Positions 59,791-64,000 of a DNA stretch of 64,000 bases are shown here, piece by piece; within the stretch, counting starts at the first letter, position 1; each line of letters begins with the position of its first letter. The DNA comes from Azolla caroliniana (lineage: Eukaryota > Plantae > Polypodiophyta), in assembly GCA_043228905.1 (NCBI GenBank), contig JBHGNT010000007.1, positions 10,602,001-10,666,000 on the forward strand, given 5' to 3'. The notes below the pieces were generated by a model. It was not told the DNA's origin, searched no databases, and saw only the letters and a program-made list of their open reading frames with translations. Position numbers and translations under genes: made by a program.

Positions 59791-61184
59791 TAAATATCCC
59801 CCTTTTATTGTGAAAGTCTCTTTGTTATATGATATATCTAAAAATCTAAAATGTATTAACTCTTCTTCTTTTTTGACAATATTTTTTTCATGCATTCTTA
59901 TGCGTATTTGTATGGTAACCCCCATGAATGCGATATGTCAATCTATGCTTGTAAGTAATAACCTACTTCACGATACATGCAAGCATGCATGGGTAATATA
60001 AATGAGAATGTGTGTAACAGAATTTCAAATGAGAAATTCACACTTGTGTGTGTGTGTGTGTGTTTGTGTATATAGATAGAGCATTCTATATATCACATTA
60101 TTTACTCTCCAAAAAGGGTACCCATCTACAATGAAGCTATATCCATCCCTCATGCAAAGGTATTTGGATTTCATGACATTTCTTGCTATGGCCAATTTTG
60201 AGTACAAAATTTTCTAAATGCACTAATGATTTAACTAGGAAAGTACGACCCTTTTTCCATCCCAAAGTATAGGGTCTAGGGCTCCTTTGGGATTGAAGGA
60301 CTCAAAACATTAAATGTTCCCTCTTCGAAAAAGTGGCGGTAACAAACACTCCAAATGGCAAGAAAAGTTTTAAATGAATGGAATTTACATCCTCATCATT
60401 CGTTTGAAAATGTTATTGGTTAAAATCGTAGGTGGTTTGTTCACTTGATAGAACGGTCTTACTATGTTATTCTCACAACCAATTTATAAAGCAATCTAAG
60501 GTGATTTGTACCATGTGACCATTATGTTAGTGTCACACACTTGACAAAGTGCTTCTACTATTGATATCTCACTCAACAAAATAGAACAAATTTTGTAAAT
60601 TTAGATAAGTGAAGAAAATATTTTATTTTATTTGACAAAATTTTACGCCTTGGTATTATAAAATCATAAGAAATACAAAACTTGTGTTAGATATACCAAC
60701 TGATTCCCTTGTACTCTCATTGTGGCTGATTTGATGTCTATATACAATAACCACACATAGTTTTTTGTGTATTTTCTAAGTGAAGGAAATACTTAGAGAA
60801 TAATTTATTAGCTTTGTAGTACTAAATGCAGTTTATAAACATATTACAACATCTTGAGATTTATCTACCATAAAATAATTGAGAGAAAACAAGAGATGTA
60901 CAAAGTATGTGAAATGTGAATTAGTGTGCTAGAAAAAGGGACTAAGATACACACCAAAGATAAATAGTTATATTCATTATGATGTGAAGAATTAGAAGGA
61001 TTATAATAAGAATGAATAAATTATAGTCAACATTAGACATATTAGAAGGGGCTTGGCTTATATAGGGCATGCACATGAGCACATCTAGAAGTTAGGATCA
61101 TTCTAAGTACATAATCAATGGGAGAGTGAGTGGGTTATCTAAAATATCTTCTTCATTTGTCTAAAAGAATTTCCCATTCATTAG

Positions 61185-61950
61185 GAGGCGCTCAAGGAAT
61201 TGTGGAGAGGGGCATGCCTCGACCTCAATGGTCTCTCAAGGGTTTCTTTTGAGATTCATTGGGAAAGTGTTATCCCGTCGCTTGAGGTCGGGCTTCAGTG
61301 GACCTCAGGAACAATGCCCACCGGTATGGCTGAGGGGATGATCTATCTCATCCCCAAAGAGCCAAACTGGAGCTTAGAGTTGTGCCAGTGGTGTCCAATC
61401 ACGATCCTTAACACAATATACAAGATACTTGCAAAAGTCCTAGCTCGGCGGTTTGCAAGCTTCTTACCGAACATCATACATGAGAGTCAAATAGGCTTTA
61501 TCAGAAGTAGGTGTATCTTTGATAACGTGCTACAACCTTCTACTATGGGAAGCTATGGCATTAGTAGATCACTTTGTGTCAAGCTCGGCTATTCTGTTAG
61601 ACTTCGAGAAGGCTTATGAGAGGGTACTTCAGCCCTTCTTAGAGAACGTGATGAGAGTTATGGGCGTACCCCAAAAATGGAGGAACTGCACTTTTGCACT
61701 CTATAGGATTGGTACTAGTATCGTGTTGCTAGCTAGCGTTAGGGGCCCCTCCTTCCGACTTCAATGTTTAGTGAGGCAGGGTTTTCCCCTAGCCCCATAT
61801 CTTTATCTATTTATAACTGAGGCTTTCTCTACCTTCTAAGAAGAACCAAGCAATGGATCGAGGGGACTGCCCGTCTCTAATGCGTTTGGAGATCTGTTGT
61901 TGTCACAATATGACGATGATACGATTCTCTTCCTACAAGGCGATGAGGAA
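61185..61950 (+). pseudogene. L1-type LINE reverse transcriptase fragment
   Basis: PITILNTIYKILAKVLA, LDFEKAYERV, VRQGFPLAPYLY and QYDDDT motifs. Confidence 0.88.
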
Positions 61951-63110
61951 TTAGAATTAGGATTAGAATTTTTTATTGTCCACAAAGAGGCTAGTTTTGA
62001 CCTATGGGACTAGAGTATACATGTGTTCTTGATATGTGTCTCCTTCCTAAGAAGGGCTATTCATACATTGAAGCACAAAGGCTCTATGTGTGAATAAAGC
62101 ATACACATATGAGCTCAACCTTCTAGGTGGTGTCTTACGTATGACACTTAAGTTATCACTCCCTCTTAGTATGTCAACCTATCTTGAACGAATTGCACTA
62201 TATGTTGAGCATGTGAAGAGCAAGTGACATTCATCTTCATTGCATACTTTACATGTCTTTAAATTCGTTACATTTTGATACGATGATGCAACTTCAATAC
62301 CTAACTTGTGAGATCGAGTGTGAAGTAGTGTAAGGGCTCTATGAGCATTACTACTCATATTGGTAATGAGATAAGGTTGGATACGATCAATAGGCATTCT
62401 TGGTTTATATTGAGACCAACATTCAGGGTTGACATTTGCAATGTAGTATTCTAGCTTTGTCCTCTTAGCATCTTCCCACTTCATCCTTAATGATTCCACC
62501 AACCTTTCCTCAATCATTACATAATGCATAACATCGCTCGAAAGCTCTAAAAGATCATCCACCCCATCTTCTAAACCATTTCCTTATGTCAACAACCCAA
62601 CCGGAATGAGAGAATCTTACTCTTATGATTCTTTTGTAGCTTACATCCAACATTCCAAGCAAGATATGGTAATCGATCATTTTGTAATGTATTTATATAC
62701 TCTTTGGAGTGCCAATATTTCTATGGGTCGAACACTTATTTCCAAGAGCATAACTTGGTAAGAGGTATTGCATTTAACTCCTAATTGCCTGGTTAAAAAC
62801 ATATTTTGAATTTTCTCAATCTTATCCCATGCATTAAGAGAGATGGTCCCATCCCATACTTCTACTCCATAAAGCAATACTTGAGTTACCATGGCATTGA
62901 ACAAGATTAGTTTTACTTCCCATCCACAAGTATCACTTTGGTTGCATTGGTTCTCCAAAAGGTAATATGATTTCCAACCGGCTTGGAGCCTAGAATCAAA
63001 GCATGCACTCCATTTATTTGTGGTAGGTACATCAATACCAAGATATTAAAAGCTTCGAACAAATTGCATATGTTCACCTCTATATGTGAGCATAGGGTAA
63101 TGATGAGGTT
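61951..63110 (-). mobile_element. 3' part of an RTE/RTE-X-like LINE
   Basis: LLYGVEVW, and SHKLGIE..CKVCNEDECHLLFTC zinc finger. Short TTCTAA-type tandem tail near 61951-61970. Confidence 0.7.
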
Positions 63111-63116
63111 GGCTGG

Positions 63117-64000
63117 TGTTGAGAGATCAGCTTAACATGGGCCGAATCGGCCGAAGAAGCCGAGAGTCGAGAGCCGAATCGAATAGAGTTCGATTCGGGT
63201 ATATGCTAAGTCGGAGGAAATCCGATAGGCCGTTAGGAGCCTATATTCCTATTATAGTAAATAGGAATATTATAGGAAAAATTAGTGTCAAGCTCATTTA
63301 TGAGCATTCAAGTACTGACAGTACTTGTGGCAGCCCATTCGTCAAGGCTTGTATATAAAGTGCATTTTGAGCACTATTGTATGTACTCAGTCTTTTTGTA
63401 ATCAAAATATTTTTTTCTGCTCCACTCAGTCTCTCCCTCTCTCTCTCATATTCTTTGTGTTTACCTAATTGCAGAGTTTCCAAATAATCGACTGTGCACT
63501 CGGTGTCTTTCGCACACGCTTCTACACATGTAACCTTTTTTCATGGTATCAAAGCGCGAGGGTTGAGACTCCTCTACAGCCAACAGAAAAGAAAGTGAAC
63601 AAGATAGAGATAAATTTTTCGTTTTCCAAAAAAGAAAAGACAACAACATGGACAGATGAAGGGGAAGCTCACTTCTGATAGAGAAGCTTGATAGGAGCAA
63701 GTACGCATCTTGGTCTTAAAAGATGCATCACTACTTGCTCGGACATGGTTACTATAGTTATGTTGAAGGAGCTAATGATGTAGCACCGGAGTCGACACAC
63801 AGAGATTTCCCGGCCTAGAAACAAGCGGCAAGCAGAGTTCTGTACTCCTTTGCATCCTGTGTGCGCGATCAGCTACTGAGCTATATCCAGGATGCTTGGG
63901 GAAATCTGAAGAAGATCTTCGCCGCGAGCACCATAGCTAGAAAGCTTCAACTTAGACAAGAGTTGACCAATGTTTGACATAAAGATATGTCGGTGGCTGA
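63117..64000 (+). mobile_element. Copia element K 5' end (LTR 63117-63543, iMet PBS 63544-63555, degenerate gag)
   Basis: TGTTG...TCA, then TGGTATCAAAGC. The gag is similar to Copia J gag. Confidence 0.88.

Noticed and set aside
57440-61180. AT-rich region as a possible host gene or Helitron
   Set aside because: No convincing exons, termini or TSDs found by eye.
63172-63200. B-box-like GTTCGATTC in the Copia K LTR
   Set aside because: No A box at tRNA spacing. It is part of a local CCGAATCGAA/TTCGATTCGG hairpin.

Overview
This is eukaryotic, transposon-dense plant DNA, most likely from a seed-free land plant such as a fern (inferred from PLS-type PPR relics and Tcn1-like chromoviruses). I see no intact host gene. 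The window is a deep nest of mobile elements: several copies of a tRNA-Trp-primed non-chromoviral Gypsy family (A, B, C, a gag-only derivative D and a solo LTR), two chromodomain Gypsy elements (E, G), an Arg-primed Gypsy fragment (H), Copia fragments, L1 and RTE-X-like LINE fragments, and a tRNA-derived SINE. It also holds a complete 10.5-kb TIR DNA transposon (28338-38878; 25-bp TIRs, ATGT TSD, Sola2-like DDD transposase) sitting inside the remains of an older relative. The main observations are: (1) three otherwise dissimilar Gypsy LTR families each carry an antisense, tRNA-spaced A-box/B-box (Pol III promoter-like) module in U3; (2) the Sola2-like element carries spliced cargo encoding a RING-H2 finger and an FCP1/SCP-like HAD domain with a degenerate catalytic motif, and its two largest introns are arrays of the same 14-bp palindrome found beside both TIRs; (3) both Gypsy groups have -1 frameshift signals; (4) the chromoviruses appear to be self-priming and have heat-shock-element arrays; (5) family A prefers a 4-bp ACGT target. 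All coordinates and alignments were read by eye, and family names come from motif recognition, not database searches.
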